DNA of 64,000 nucleotides from a virus. Taxonomy: Duplodnaviria; Heunggongvirae; Uroviricota; Caudoviricetes. The translations under genes were made by a program, and so were the position numbers. The number at the start of each line of letters is the position of its first letter. Position 1 is the first letter of the stretch. Under the pieces are notes generated by a model. That model saw only the letters and a list, made by a program, of their open reading frames with translations, did no database searches and was not told the origin of the DNA. The stretch lies in IMG/VR virus record IMGVR_UViG_3300010885_065725. One strand, written 5' to 3'. This document shows, piece after piece, positions 51,285 to 60,564 of this stretch.

Positions 51285-53051
51285 TTAATCCCAGTTTCCT
51301 AATTGTTTTAAATAATTTTCATAATCTTGGTTTCCAGTTAGCCATACATCAGTTGGTGTAATATCGATAATATCATCGTCATCTATTCCATTTAATATGA
51401 ATCCAAAAGGAGTAAGTTCTTGATCTATTCTCATTTCTTGTTGCGAATACATCAATTTTCGTACATCATCATCAGTAAAATCTTTAAAAAATTGTGATGT
51501 TGCAAGAAAAGAAAATAAAATAAGACACATAACAAGATCATCATGTGTTCCTTGTTCTGCCTGATACTTTCCTTTATATATAGTAAACGTAGAAAGTTCT
51601 GCAACAATATCAAAATCATTTACCATCAATTTATCATTTTCTAATAACTGTTTAAGGTTCGCACAACCTATTCTTCTTGTTTTCACTGTAGTACGAATAC
51701 CTGCCATTCCTTGTTTTCCCCATTCTGATATGATATCTCTGTCCGTATATATCACATGCTCATATTCTAAATCTTGATTCAAAATATCTGCTACTTGTCC
51801 TCCAATATCATTAATTTCTATTAATACTTTTGCCTCATTATAATCTTTGCATACTTTCAATATAATATTTGGATATAACATAGGAGGAATAGAATTACTT
51901 TTGTATTTTGCTACTACTTGATATGGCATTATTGTCACATCAAAAACTAACATTGCAGAATAATCTATACCTTGTCCTCTTGATACGTCTACTGTTGCAA
52001 TATATACATGATTTTGTTCTGGAGCAAAATATATATCCAACTCATCTTTAATATGAATTGCATTCAGATATACTATATTCTTTAGGCAATGTGCAGAAAT
52101 TAATGTATTGGAACTTCCTTGGAAATCTGCTTCCATTTCTTGCATGAATTTTATTTCACCAAGAACTTTTCTTTGATCGTCTGCCCATGCCTTGGTTCTT
52201 CCAGGAACTTGATCCCATGTGACTTTCAATACTTTAAAACCATTTCTTCCTTCCAGACCATCCATATACATTTTATAAAAATGATTTAATCCTAATGGAG
52301 TAGAAGAAATAAATATTTTTGTACTTTCTCCAGAAGATATTGTAGGATATACAGAAGTAAAGAAGTTTTCTGCAAGAGTATTGGAAACGAATGCGAATTC
52401 GTCAAGTACAATACAGTTCACTGCATATCCACGGATAGCAGAAGAAGAAGTAGATTCTGCCATGATAATAGAACCATTTTCTAATATCATTTTAGATTTA
52501 TTAAATTCTTGTACGCCCTGTTGCAGCCATATCGGAAGATTTTCGTATATGTCCTGACATTTGCGCATAATTTCGCGTGAAGTTGCGCCTCTGTTTGCGA
52601 GAATAGCAGATATTTTATTATCATTGAACAATGTGAACCATATAAGATAACATGACATTGTAAGAGTATTATGAGAAAGTATTTCATTAGAAAAAAATCT
52701 ATGATCTTCTGAATCAACAGAAATGTCATACATTTCTTCTTCTTGTTCAAAAATTTCTTTTGAAATTACTTTATATATCCCTCTGGATGTAACAAGAGAA
52801 GTGACATAACATATACAATCTTTTGCATAAATTTGGTTATATTCTGCATCAAATAAAATATGTGTATCTGCACATTCTAGAAAATATCCATTCTCTAATG
52901 TGATTTTATATTTTTGATATGGGATTGTTTTGTATATATGTGTAATTGGTTGCCATCCGGTATCCGTAGATATTTTCCAATCTGGTGGCAATTCTATAGA
53001 ATCTGTGAATTTTCTTTCTGATAAAGTTGATAATTGCATATAATATAACAT
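51285..53051 (-). CDS. 17: large terminase C-terminal fragment preceded by intein C-fragment (IntC-TerL_C)
   Basis: First 125 aa contain Hint blocks B (ENGYFLECADTHILF) and F/G (YDISVDSEDHRFFSNEILSHN). Then T-LTMSCYLIWFTLFN aligns to T4 gp17 GK|TTVVAIFLAHFVCFN, followed by Walker B (DEFAFV), LGLNHFY and the nuclease domain. An in-frame TGA lies immediately upstream of the ATG. Confidence 0.85.
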   Translation of the reverse strand: MLYYMQLSTLSERKFTDSIELPPDWKISTDTGWQPITHIYKTIPYQKYKITLENGYFLECADTHILFDAEYNQIYAKDCICYVTSLVTSRGIYKVISKEIFEQEEEMYDISVDSEDHRFFSNEILSHNTLTMSCYLIWFTLFNDNKISAILANRGATSREIMRKCQDIYENLPIWLQQGVQEFNKSKMILENGSIIMAESTSSSAIRGYAVNCIVLDEFAFVSNTLAENFFTSVYPTISSGESTKIFISSTPLGLNHFYKMYMDGLEGRNGFKVLKVTWDQVPGRTKAWADDQRKVLGEIKFMQEMEADFQGSSNTLISAHCLKNIVYLNAIHIKDELDIYFAPEQNHVYIATVDVSRGQGIDYSAMLVFDVTIMPYQVVAKYKSNSIPPMLYPNIILKVCKDYNEAKVLIEINDIGGQVADILNQDLEYEHVIYTDRDIISEWGKQGMAGIRTTVKTRRIGCANLKQLLENDKLMVNDFDIVAELSTFTIYKGKYQAEQGTHDDLVMCLILFSFLATSQFFKDFTDDDVRKLMYSQQEMRIDQELTPFGFILNGIDDDDIIDITPTDVWLTGNQDYENYLKQLGNWD

Positions 53052-53087
53052 TCATAATAATAGTTATCTATATTTATCAATAATATA

Positions 53088-53120
53088 TAAAATAAAGGGC
53101 AACCCCTATTGGTTGCCCTC
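53088..53120 (-). terminator. rho-independent terminator upstream of the IntC-TerL_C cistron
   Basis: GGGCAACC-cctatt-GGTTGCCC hairpin. On the minus strand it is followed by TTTATTTT, between the 83-aa ORF and the IntC-TerL_C start. Confidence 0.55.
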
Positions 53121-53133
53121 CTATAAGAAATTT

Positions 53134-53385
53134 TTAGAACACTACTGGTACGTCTACCATAGGTTCACTAGATTTCTCTGTTTTTGTTTTATAATATTTC
53201 TTTCCCATTCTAAATGCATCACTTAGATATACATCTAACATTGTTGCAAAATGATCTTTTGCATCAACAAATGCTTTAGTTTGTTCTTCTGGTGTAGAAT
53301 ATACAGTAATACATGGTGTCATTACTATATTGAAAAGAGCATCACATTCTTCCGGAGATGCCGTAACATTAGATCTTATTTTCAT
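53134..53385 (-). CDS. hypothetical protein (intervening between terminase halves)
   Basis: 83-aa ORF in a different frame from TerL_C. No Walker A or terminase similarity. Confidence 0.3.
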   Translation of the reverse strand: MKIRSNVTASPEECDALFNIVMTPCITVYSTPEEQTKAFVDAKDHFATMLDVYLSDAFRMGKKYYKTKTEKSSEPMVDVPVVF

Positions 53386-53764
53386 AAGTACTCCTGTATT
53401 CTGTTATAAATTTCTTGGTAATAGTTTTTCCTTCATCAGTTGCCATAAAATTAGCTACCCCTTTTATGATATCATCCTGCATGAGCCATTTCTGCTCTTC
53501 TCCAGTCAGGGCTAAGTTTATAGCTTCTTCTAAAGTATATTGTTTTTCTTGTAGCGAAGACGCAATAATAGAAGACCTCCCTATATCTACACGTTCTGCA
53601 TCAATTATTTCTTTTACCATACTACGCAAATCAGATAGATTCACCGTAACATTTTCCTGTTTAATAGGAATTACGTCTATAGGATTGTTGTTTACTTGTG
53701 GAACTACATTTGCCTTTAATGCTGCAAGTTGTAATTCAAGACTTGATAATAAAGAAGTCGTCAT
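53369..53764 (-). CDS. hypothetical protein (candidate small terminase by position only)
   Basis: 131-aa ORF upstream of the large terminase C-fragment. No convincing similarity to T4 gp16 by eye. Confidence 0.2.
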   Translation of the reverse strand: MTTSLLSSLELQLAALKANVVPQVNNNPIDVIPIKQENVTVNLSDLRSMVKEIIDAERVDIGRSSIIASSLQEKQYTLEEAINLALTGEEQKWLMQDDIIKGVANFMATDEGKTITKKFITEYRSTYENKI

Positions 53765-53824
53765 ATATTATTTCTCTGTTTTAAGAATCAATAAACCATA
53801 CCGTTTCATCTTAGGACGATACTC

Positions 53825-54742
53825 TCAAGATCGTACATTAGTTGCAGTTTGTCCAGAACCTATCATAGTTCCAAGATTCACTGTACTTTGTGTATTATGT
53901 TGAATAGCTTGGGCAACAGTACCTAACAAACCAATGATTTGTTGGTTGGCAGTAGCTTGAGCTTGAGCAACGGCAGTTTGATTAACATTAGTAATTACAC
54001 TAACATTACCTGAGTCAACGATACCACGAGTTTGTGTATGTCTATGGTCATCCAAAGCTACTGCTAATTGACGTTGTAAATCAAGTTCTCTAGCATTAGG
54101 AATAGATGCAGCCAAAGCAGCAATAGAAGCTCTAGTTTTCTCACCATCATTAGCAATAGCAAGAGAAGTAGCATAAGTGCTTTGAGCAATGTTAGTATTA
54201 ACAACACCAAAACCAGCAGCAGTTGCAGCAGATAATGTACCAACAGACCCATTAACTAAATCACCAGTTTCATGTACTTCATTGATTACATCTTTGGCGA
54301 CATTGTTTATACTAGCAAGAATACCTGATTGACCTTGCAAGTTGGCAATTTCAGCATTTAATGTAGCAATTTGAGCAGCATTAGATTGAGCTTGCAAAGC
54401 AGATTGTAATTGACCTTCTGCTTTCCAGATTTCTCCTTCAACATTACCTAAAGATTGTGAATTTAATGCACCAGTGACGATGTTTTGTACATCACCAGTA
54501 GTTAATGCGTTAGCAGCAGCTACAGTAGCAGCAGTACCATCTAACCCATTTCCGCCCAATATACCTGAACGACCTAATAATAGACCAAGTAGAACACCTC
54601 CACCTAATCCGTCTTGACCTTGATTACCACCTAAAATGTTACCCATACTGCCTCCTAATATTGAAGATAAATCCGCGTTTTTAAGAATATTATTTAAGTC
54701 GGTTGGAAGTTCGACTGCCATAAGTTTTCTCCTTATTGCCAT
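53825..54742 (-). CDS. Gly/Ala/Gln/Asn-rich coiled-coil protein (structural?)
   Basis: 305 aa with N-terminal glycine-rich repeats (GGSMGNILGGNQGQDGLGGG..GILGGNGLDG) then an Ala/Gln-rich helical region. Lies between the two terminase cistrons. Confidence 0.3.
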   Translation of the reverse strand: MAIRRKLMAVELPTDLNNILKNADLSSILGGSMGNILGGNQGQDGLGGGVLLGLLLGRSGILGGNGLDGTAATVAAANALTTGDVQNIVTGALNSQSLGNVEGEIWKAEGQLQSALQAQSNAAQIATLNAEIANLQGQSGILASINNVAKDVINEVHETGDLVNGSVGTLSAATAAGFGVVNTNIAQSTYATSLAIANDGEKTRASIAALAASIPNARELDLQRQLAVALDDHRHTQTRGIVDSGNVSVITNVNQTAVAQAQATANQQIIGLLGTVAQAIQHNTQSTVNLGTMIGSGQTATNVRS

Positions 54743-54992
54743 AATTTCCTAGACATGCTAGGTCATTTTTGTTGCTTAGTGCAACAAAACTGAATTTACT
54801 AACCGCGACTATCTAGCTTGAATAGATCTCGTTGTCGTGTTAGTAACATTGGCAATACATACGGATAAATCTTCATAATATATTAGTGGTATTTCGCAAA
54901 ATACCTAAAACAATACGTCTGCGTAGCCAATGGTAAAACTTTGTTCACACATTTCATGTGAATCAAATATGTATTTATATATTTAAAATCTT

Positions 54993-55421
54993 CTAAAGTT
55001 CTGGTTTGAAATATTCTATATATTTTTGCCAAAGAAAAAAATGTCCTATTGACATTTCATATTCTTTTTCATCATTATCTTTCACTCTGATTGTAGTATC
55101 ATGACAGACACATTTTCCTACCTGTCGTGCAGTATTTAATAATACCTTTCTATTTTCATGCATTGCCCTAATAAATTCTATTTGGTAATCATACATATTA
55201 AATGGTACTAAACCTCTGTCTACATGTACCACTTTTACATAATTAGTAATAAAATATACTGGATCTTCTTTACATTTCATATATTCTTCAATTTGTTCTT
55301 TTGTATATTGAAGATGTACATTTGTTCCCTTTATCCTTGGATTATTTCTGTATGATTTAATCTTTGGTACAGGATTCAATACTTTTACTACAGGTATCGA
55401 TTTACTTGATTTTTTTATCAT
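54993..55421 (-). CDS. 17: large terminase N-terminal fragment fused to intein N-fragment (TerL_N-IntN)
   Basis: EQIEEYMKCKEDPVYFITNYVKVVHVDRGLVPFNMYDYQIEFIRAMHENRKVLLNTARQVGK aligns with T4 gp17 [63 protein letters not shown]. Followed by CVCHDTTIRVKDNDEKEYEMSIGHFFLWQKYIEYFKPEL-stop (intein block A begins with Cys). Confidence 0.8.
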   Translation of the reverse strand: MIKKSSKSIPVVKVLNPVPKIKSYRNNPRIKGTNVHLQYTKEQIEEYMKCKEDPVYFITNYVKVVHVDRGLVPFNMYDYQIEFIRAMHENRKVLLNTARQVGKCVCHDTTIRVKDNDEKEYEMSIGHFFLWQKYIEYFKPEL

Positions 55422-55622
55422 GTCAATTAAAATTATGTTCTGATGACTGTCGTTGTTTTTCGTTTCTTTCGTTTTCTTCTTCTATATGTTTTATCAATAA
55501 ACTACTATAAATATCTAATTCATATGGAAACATATTTTCTATGTCAGATAATGAATAATTATGATGCTGCATCAATGCAAAATTTAATTTATAATAGTTA
55601 AAAAGAGAATTGTGTTGTAAAA

Positions 55623-56333
55623 CTATAAAAAAAAATCAGAAAGTCCAGATAATAAAAATGTATTTTCTTTCTCACATTTTGTGCAAGTAAAAACAACTTT
55701 TTCTTCTAATTTAGGAATATTTTCAAAAAAATCTCTGATCAATTCCATCTGTTTATTATTCAGACTATCAATAAAATCTATAAGTTCTTCTTTTGTTTGA
55801 TCTTTTGTGTAATATGCAGTTTCTTTGTCATATATATAATCAATACATTTTGCAATTGCATTATATTTTGATTCGGAATCATCTTCTTCGAGTTCTTCTA
55901 CTGCTTCAATCAGATCGATAGTAGGATATTTCATTACAATCCCAACAGCATCTGTCAGTTGTATTTTTGTAGAATCTTTCTTAGGAGATTCTACTTTAAT
56001 TTCTGTGAGATTTATATTGTGTGCCATTTCATGCTCACAACTTTGACATTTTATTTGTAATTCTAATATTTCTCCTACAGATTTTGCTCTAATATTAATA
56101 AAAAGATATTCTATATCGAACAATGGAGTATTTTCTGGGTCTAGTTGTCCTTCTGTACAATTAATTACAATTTGTTTCAATGCCATTACCATTTGTTCTT
56201 GATCTTCTGACTGGAATGCAGTAAGAAGAATTTTTTCTTCTTTTACAACAAATGGTCTATATGTGATTTTTTTCTTCGAAGAAGGAAGAATCAACGAATA
56301 TTTTGGTGAAATTAATTTTGGTAATCCTGACAT
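55623..56333 (-). CDS. hypothetical protein with two CxxC pairs
   Basis: CQSCEHE and CTKCEKE zinc-ribbon-like motifs. 236 aa. Confidence 0.3.
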   Translation of the reverse strand: MSGLPKLISPKYSLILPSSKKKITYRPFVVKEEKILLTAFQSEDQEQMVMALKQIVINCTEGQLDPENTPLFDIEYLFINIRAKSVGEILELQIKCQSCEHEMAHNINLTEIKVESPKKDSTKIQLTDAVGIVMKYPTIDLIEAVEELEEDDSESKYNAIAKCIDYIYDKETAYYTKDQTKEELIDFIDSLNNKQMELIRDFFENIPKLEEKVVFTCTKCEKENTFLLSGLSDFFL

Positions 56334-56360
56334 TATGTATTCTCGCTATTATATAATTAT

Positions 56361-57089
56361 TTAAATATTATTTCCAAATGGTATATGAGATATAATATTT
56401 TGTGGGATATATGGAAATGTTTGTGCTTCTATTGTTTTAATAAGATTTCTTGGTGTATCTATTACCTGTTGTTTAAGTAACGAAGATGGCAACCATTTCC
56501 TGTATACAAATCCTATTTCTAATCTTTGTGCTTCATTTTGATATTTATAATTAAGATTCATCTGATTCATTACTGTAGGATATGCTCCAAATAATGTAAC
56601 ATGATACACAGATTCCATTTTTTTATTTAATTGGTGTACTTCTATTGTAGTTTCATATTGATCAGAAAAATTCAAATTGTGAGTAACAGGATCAGAAATA
56701 CTGAATACCCATGCATCAAAAAAATTCTTTACTGCCATATCCTGTTCTGCAATAAAAGAACACATTATATTTCCGTATGTGACATTATATGGAATAGGTT
56801 TAGAAGGACCATATGTCACTGCATCCTGTGTAATAATATTTACAGAAGGAAGAGAAGATGCGTCACATAATAATGATAATGTAGTACCATAAGAAGAATA
56901 TCTTGAAAGACTTTTTGGTAAAAATATATTTACCTTAAATAAATTAGGATTTGAAACCCCTTTAGTTTTTACTAATGCAATAAATTTGCTTAAATCACCT
57001 TCTGCATCCTTTTTAAATAATGCATCAGTAATTCTTCCTAAAGTAAAAACTCCTGCTTCTTTTGCAATAGTCGATAATAAATTACTCAT
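56361..57089 (-). CDS. tail tube-fold family protein (gp19/gp48/gp54-like)
   Basis: NPNLFKVNIFLPKS..LLCDASSLPSVNI..KNFFDAWVFSI parallels the gp19 pattern PNLFQVEISY..FQCKATALPAGI..RQKFVDWQSI. Confidence 0.35.
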   Translation of the reverse strand: MSNLLSTIAKEAGVFTLGRITDALFKKDAEGDLSKFIALVKTKGVSNPNLFKVNIFLPKSLSRYSSYGTTLSLLCDASSLPSVNIITQDAVTYGPSKPIPYNVTYGNIMCSFIAEQDMAVKNFFDAWVFSISDPVTHNLNFSDQYETTIEVHQLNKKMESVYHVTLFGAYPTVMNQMNLNYKYQNEAQRLEIGFVYRKWLPSSLLKQQVIDTPRNLIKTIEAQTFPYIPQNIISHIPFGNNI

Positions 57090-57717
57090 AAAATTTGCCT
57101 TTCCATACGTCAGAAGATTTAACTGAAGAATAACCTTTTCTTGTTTTAGTAGAACCTTTACGGAAATCTTCTACAGGAAGTAATATTGCCATGTGCCAAT
57201 CATTGGGGTCAATCTTTAAAAACTTGCCACCACTGCGAGATATGACATGTGTATACAGATATTTATGTATACATGGCTCCAACACAGATGCTTTTGCAGA
57301 ATTTCTTAATAATTCCCAACTCAGTTGCATTTTTCTGTCATTTTCAATTTTATTTTTTGCAACAGAAAAATTATTTATTTTTGATAATTCTTTTAATAGT
57401 GCCCATCGCACTCTTTGTGGGACATAATGTAAATTGAATCCTGTGAATGTGTCCTTGTCTGCACCAAATGGCAGACACAAAGGAAATACGTCATATACAG
57501 GCAATGTTGCCTTATATTTAGGGTCGTATATATACAAATACATTGATCCTACTTCAAGATCATTTGTCAGCATCTCATCATATGTAAAAAGTTTATTTTG
57601 AGTCACAAGACCTCTGGACTTCAATTCCTTTACTTTTTGCATATACCATTCTATGCTTCTGTTTCTGCTTTTGGCATCAAAACGAATTTCATCAAATATA
57701 TTAATTTTTTGTGCCAT
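57082..57717 (-). CDS. hypothetical morphogenesis-module protein
   Basis: 211-aa ORF with start/stop overlap to its neighbours. No confident family. Confidence 0.25.
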   Translation of the reverse strand: MAQKINIFDEIRFDAKSRNRSIEWYMQKVKELKSRGLVTQNKLFTYDEMLTNDLEVGSMYLYIYDPKYKATLPVYDVFPLCLPFGADKDTFTGFNLHYVPQRVRWALLKELSKINNFSVAKNKIENDRKMQLSWELLRNSAKASVLEPCIHKYLYTHVISRSGGKFLKIDPNDWHMAILLPVEDFRKGSTKTRKGYSSVKSSDVWKGKFYE

Positions 57718-58331
57718 TATATTATCTTTAATCCTAATTCGTTTCTTAAATAGTGCTCTGTCCAGACCTGAAATTCCATATCATTGTCATAACAAAATTG
57801 TTTTGCTGCATTCCATTTGGAAATATTTTTTGCATATACAAAACATTCATTTATATATTTTCTTGTTTTTCTTGTTCCCATCTTAGGTTCAAGAGTTTGT
57901 TTGTGTGGTTTTATTTCTACCATTATTTTCTTTCCATCATCAAATTCAATGAAAAGATCTACCAAATATTTATGTTGTTTTCCGTCTGTCATACAAATAT
58001 ATGTAATAGGAACTTCACTGCTCCATTTGGAAATATTTACACAGTTTTCTAAAAATTTCATTGTTTGTCTTTCCCATAGAGACAAATATCTTATCTTATC
58101 TGGATTTCCAATATATTTTTCTGGTCGTGTTAATTTATATTTTCCTGAATATGCCATATTAAAAAATATTTGTTGACTAACATGTGAATATGTTTTATAG
58201 TATTTATCAACAAAGATTGTATTGTAAAATAATAATAAATAATTTGGAGTGAGAGAAATGTCTAGTGATTGGATATATCTAATATATGTTATTGGTAGTG
58301 GGATGTTCTTTTTTTTAATCAATGTCTGCAT
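57717..58331 (-). CDS. 4: head completion protein gp4-like (PD-(D/E)xK fold)
   Basis: KYIGNPDKIRYLSLWERQ..WSSE..YLVDLFIEFDDGKKIMVEIKP resembles the remembered T4 gp4 RYIGNPEN..SGWEL..WGSE..YFPDFYIEVREG..YLIEVKP. Confidence 0.4.
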   Translation of the reverse strand: MQTLIKKKNIPLPITYIRYIQSLDISLTPNYLLLFYNTIFVDKYYKTYSHVSQQIFFNMAYSGKYKLTRPEKYIGNPDKIRYLSLWERQTMKFLENCVNISKWSSEVPITYICMTDGKQHKYLVDLFIEFDDGKKIMVEIKPHKQTLEPKMGTRKTRKYINECFVYAKNISKWNAAKQFCYDNDMEFQVWTEHYLRNELGLKII

Positions 58332-58506
58332 ATGGGTAGTAGCGGCATTGTTTATTGGGGCGATAATTGGTATAATATTTTTGGTTTTAAGAGTAATCTT
58401 TATAGTTATTTTTTCTCCAATAATATTTATAGCAAAAATATTATTTTCTCCTCCGGTGATCTGGGGAGTAGTTGTTATTTTGGTAGGGTGGTATTATATT
58501 CACTAG
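58249..58506 (+). CDS. small membrane protein
   Basis: 85 aa, almost entirely hydrophobic (2-3 predicted helices). Confidence 0.3.
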   Translation: MREMSSDWIYLIYVIGSGMFFFLINVCIWVVAALFIGAIIGIIFLVLRVIFIVIFSPIIFIAKILFSPPVIWGVVVILVGWYYIH

Positions 58507-58677
58507 CATTATATTTTTAATAAAAATATGAGGAAAAATGATAACAAAAAATAAATTTTATATAGTAAAAAAAGAAACAAAAGAAGTAGTATTTTCTTCT
58601 AATAGACAATGGATAATAGAAGCAATATACGAATTTTATGATAATATCAAATACACAATACAATGGGGAATTAAATA

Positions 58678-58941
58678 ATGCAGTATGAATATACATGTGG
58701 AAACTGTGATCATATTTGGGAAAGACAATTGAAACTTTCTGAATATAAAACACCTATCGACAGCCCTTGTCCTTCATGCGAAGAATCTGGCAATATTTCA
58801 CAATATTTTGGTGGAATGCCTGTCCATATAGATTCACATAAATTAGGAATAAAAAAACCTGATGCAGGATTCCGAGAAGTTATGGCAAAAATACATGAAA
58901 AATCTCCAGGAAGTGAATTAAAAAATTACGTAAATTGGTAA
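58678..58941 (+). CDS. zinc-ribbon protein (FmdB-like)
   Basis: YTCGNCDH...CPSCEE double CxxC. Confidence 0.4.
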   Translation: MQYEYTCGNCDHIWERQLKLSEYKTPIDSPCPSCEESGNISQYFGGMPVHIDSHKLGIKKPDAGFREVMAKIHEKSPGSELKNYVNW

Positions 58942-59741
58942 CTCCCCAAACACAAAAACCATTAAGGAAATTTATGGCACGTAAACCTAAAATTGTGGAT
59001 AAACATTTTGAAGATATCTCACAATATAAAGTAGATAAAGAGATAAAGGAAAATCAACCCTCTAATAGACTTAAGATTAAGATAGAAGATCTAAAAACAT
59101 TAAAACCATTGACTAAAAATCAAAAGTTATTTTTTGATTCTTATGCAAATGGTGATGAAGCAATTATGTTATATGGTTCTGCTGGTACAGGTAAAACTAT
59201 AATCTCGATTTATAGAAGTTTAGAAACTGTACTTGATAAAGGTAATCCATATAGTAAACTCATTATTGTTAGACCTGCTGTTGCTAGTAGAAATCAGGGG
59301 TTTCTGCCTGGGGATGCTGCAGAAAAATTAGCAGTATTTTGTGAGGCATATATCAATATATGTTCTACATTATTTAATAGAAGCGATGCTTTTACTCGAT
59401 TAGTCGAACAAAACCATCTTGAAGTTGTTAGTTCTAGTTATCTTAGAGGGTGTACTTTTGACAATGCTATCATAATATTTGAAGAATTTCAGAATGAAAC
59501 GTGGGCAAATATACAAACTGTTATATCCAGATGTGGGAAAAATACTAAACTTATTTTAGCTGGTGATTTTAAACAATCAGATTTGAATCAAAGTAGAAAT
59601 GATCAAACTGGATTTAATGAATTGCTTAAAGTTGCTAAGATAATGGACGAATTTACTCTTATAGAATTTGATTCATCCGATATCGTTAGATCAAAGTTTG
59701 TTAAGAATTTTATTATTGCTTGTGAGAAATTGGATCTTTAA
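58935..59741 (+). CDS. phoH: PhoH-like ATPase
   Basis: LYGSAGTGKT Walker A, GFLPG, and IFEEFQNETW..LAGDFKQSDL match PhoH-family signature regions. T4-like phages commonly carry phoH. Confidence 0.7.
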   Translation: MVTPQTQKPLRKFMARKPKIVDKHFEDISQYKVDKEIKENQPSNRLKIKIEDLKTLKPLTKNQKLFFDSYANGDEAIMLYGSAGTGKTIISIYRSLETVLDKGNPYSKLIIVRPAVASRNQGFLPGDAAEKLAVFCEAYINICSTLFNRSDAFTRLVEQNHLEVVSSSYLRGCTFDNAIIIFEEFQNETWANIQTVISRCGKNTKLILAGDFKQSDLNQSRNDQTGFNELLKVAKIMDEFTLIEFDSSDIVRSKFVKNFIIACEKLDL

Positions 59742-60564
59742 TGCACACCCACCCACTGTGTGATTGCGTCTTATTATTTGCGATATTGCACATACTACTA
59801 TAATTGAGTGCATGGTCTATACAGAAATGTTTCAGACCATGTACTTTATATATGTCTCCAGTAGGAGAAGTTACTATATATGATTTTCTACTAGAAATGC
59901 CAATATTGATTTTTATTTCTTCTGATCTTTTTTTCCCTTTACCAGAAATAGACTGCTTTCTTTTTGTTTCTTCCGATCTTCTCAATCCTTTTGCATTACC
60001 TACCAGTTCCCCGGACAAATATCTATGATCTGTTTTATCTACATAATGTATTATCCCAGTGATATCTTTTGTAGTCACTTTATTTTTAGCAACACTAATC
60101 AATTCCCCTGACAAATATCTATGGTCTGTTTTATCTATTAGAAAATTATTCCCAATTTTATCTTTTACTGCAACTTTTCCTTTACCTCCATATCCCCCAC
60201 CACCATCTATTCCATTTTCCAATTTTAAATTAGCCCATTTATCAGATTTAACTATATCCCAATGTTCTGATATTAATATAGAAAATTCTATTAGAATTTT
60301 TTCATTTATAAACAAATCAGAAAGCCAAATAGTTTCAACAAACTGAGTACCATGTTTTTTTATATGTCTTGTCCAATATTTACCTGATCCTAAATATTTG
60401 TTTGGATCTTTCTTGGTAGTCTTTCCAAAGTATTTTAATCCTGTGACAGAGTGTTGTTTTATATAAAGATATGTAGGCTTTAAAACTTTATAAATAGATT
60501 TGCTGGGCATAATTGTTTCCTTAATGATTAATAGAATGTTTAGAATAGGTAGATGTTTCAGCAT
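59713..60564 (-). mobile_element. GIY-YIG homing endonuclease gene (paralog of 8002..8757)
   Basis: N-terminus PTYLYIKQHSVTGLKYFGKTTKKDPNKYLGSGKYWTRHIKKHGTQFVETIWLSDL is near-identical to the first homing endonuclease (PTYLYIKRHSVTKLKYFGKTSLDDPIKYLGSGTYWTKHINKHGKQFVDTIWLSDL). C-terminal repeats (IHYVDKTDHRYLSGEL twice) suggest DNA-binding modules. Convergent with phoH, overlapping it. Confidence 0.7.

Noticed and set aside
53134-53385. 83-aa ORF immediately upstream of the terminase C-fragment as the missing terminase N-extein/intein N-part
   Set aside because: It is in a different frame, separated by a terminator, and has no Walker A or T4 gp17 N-terminal similarity. The real N-fragment with ...RQVGK-CVCHDT... 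is at 54993..55421.
53369-53764. Small terminase subunit (gp16)
   Set aside because: Only positional evidence; no by-eye similarity to T4 gp16. Listed as a low-confidence hypothetical.
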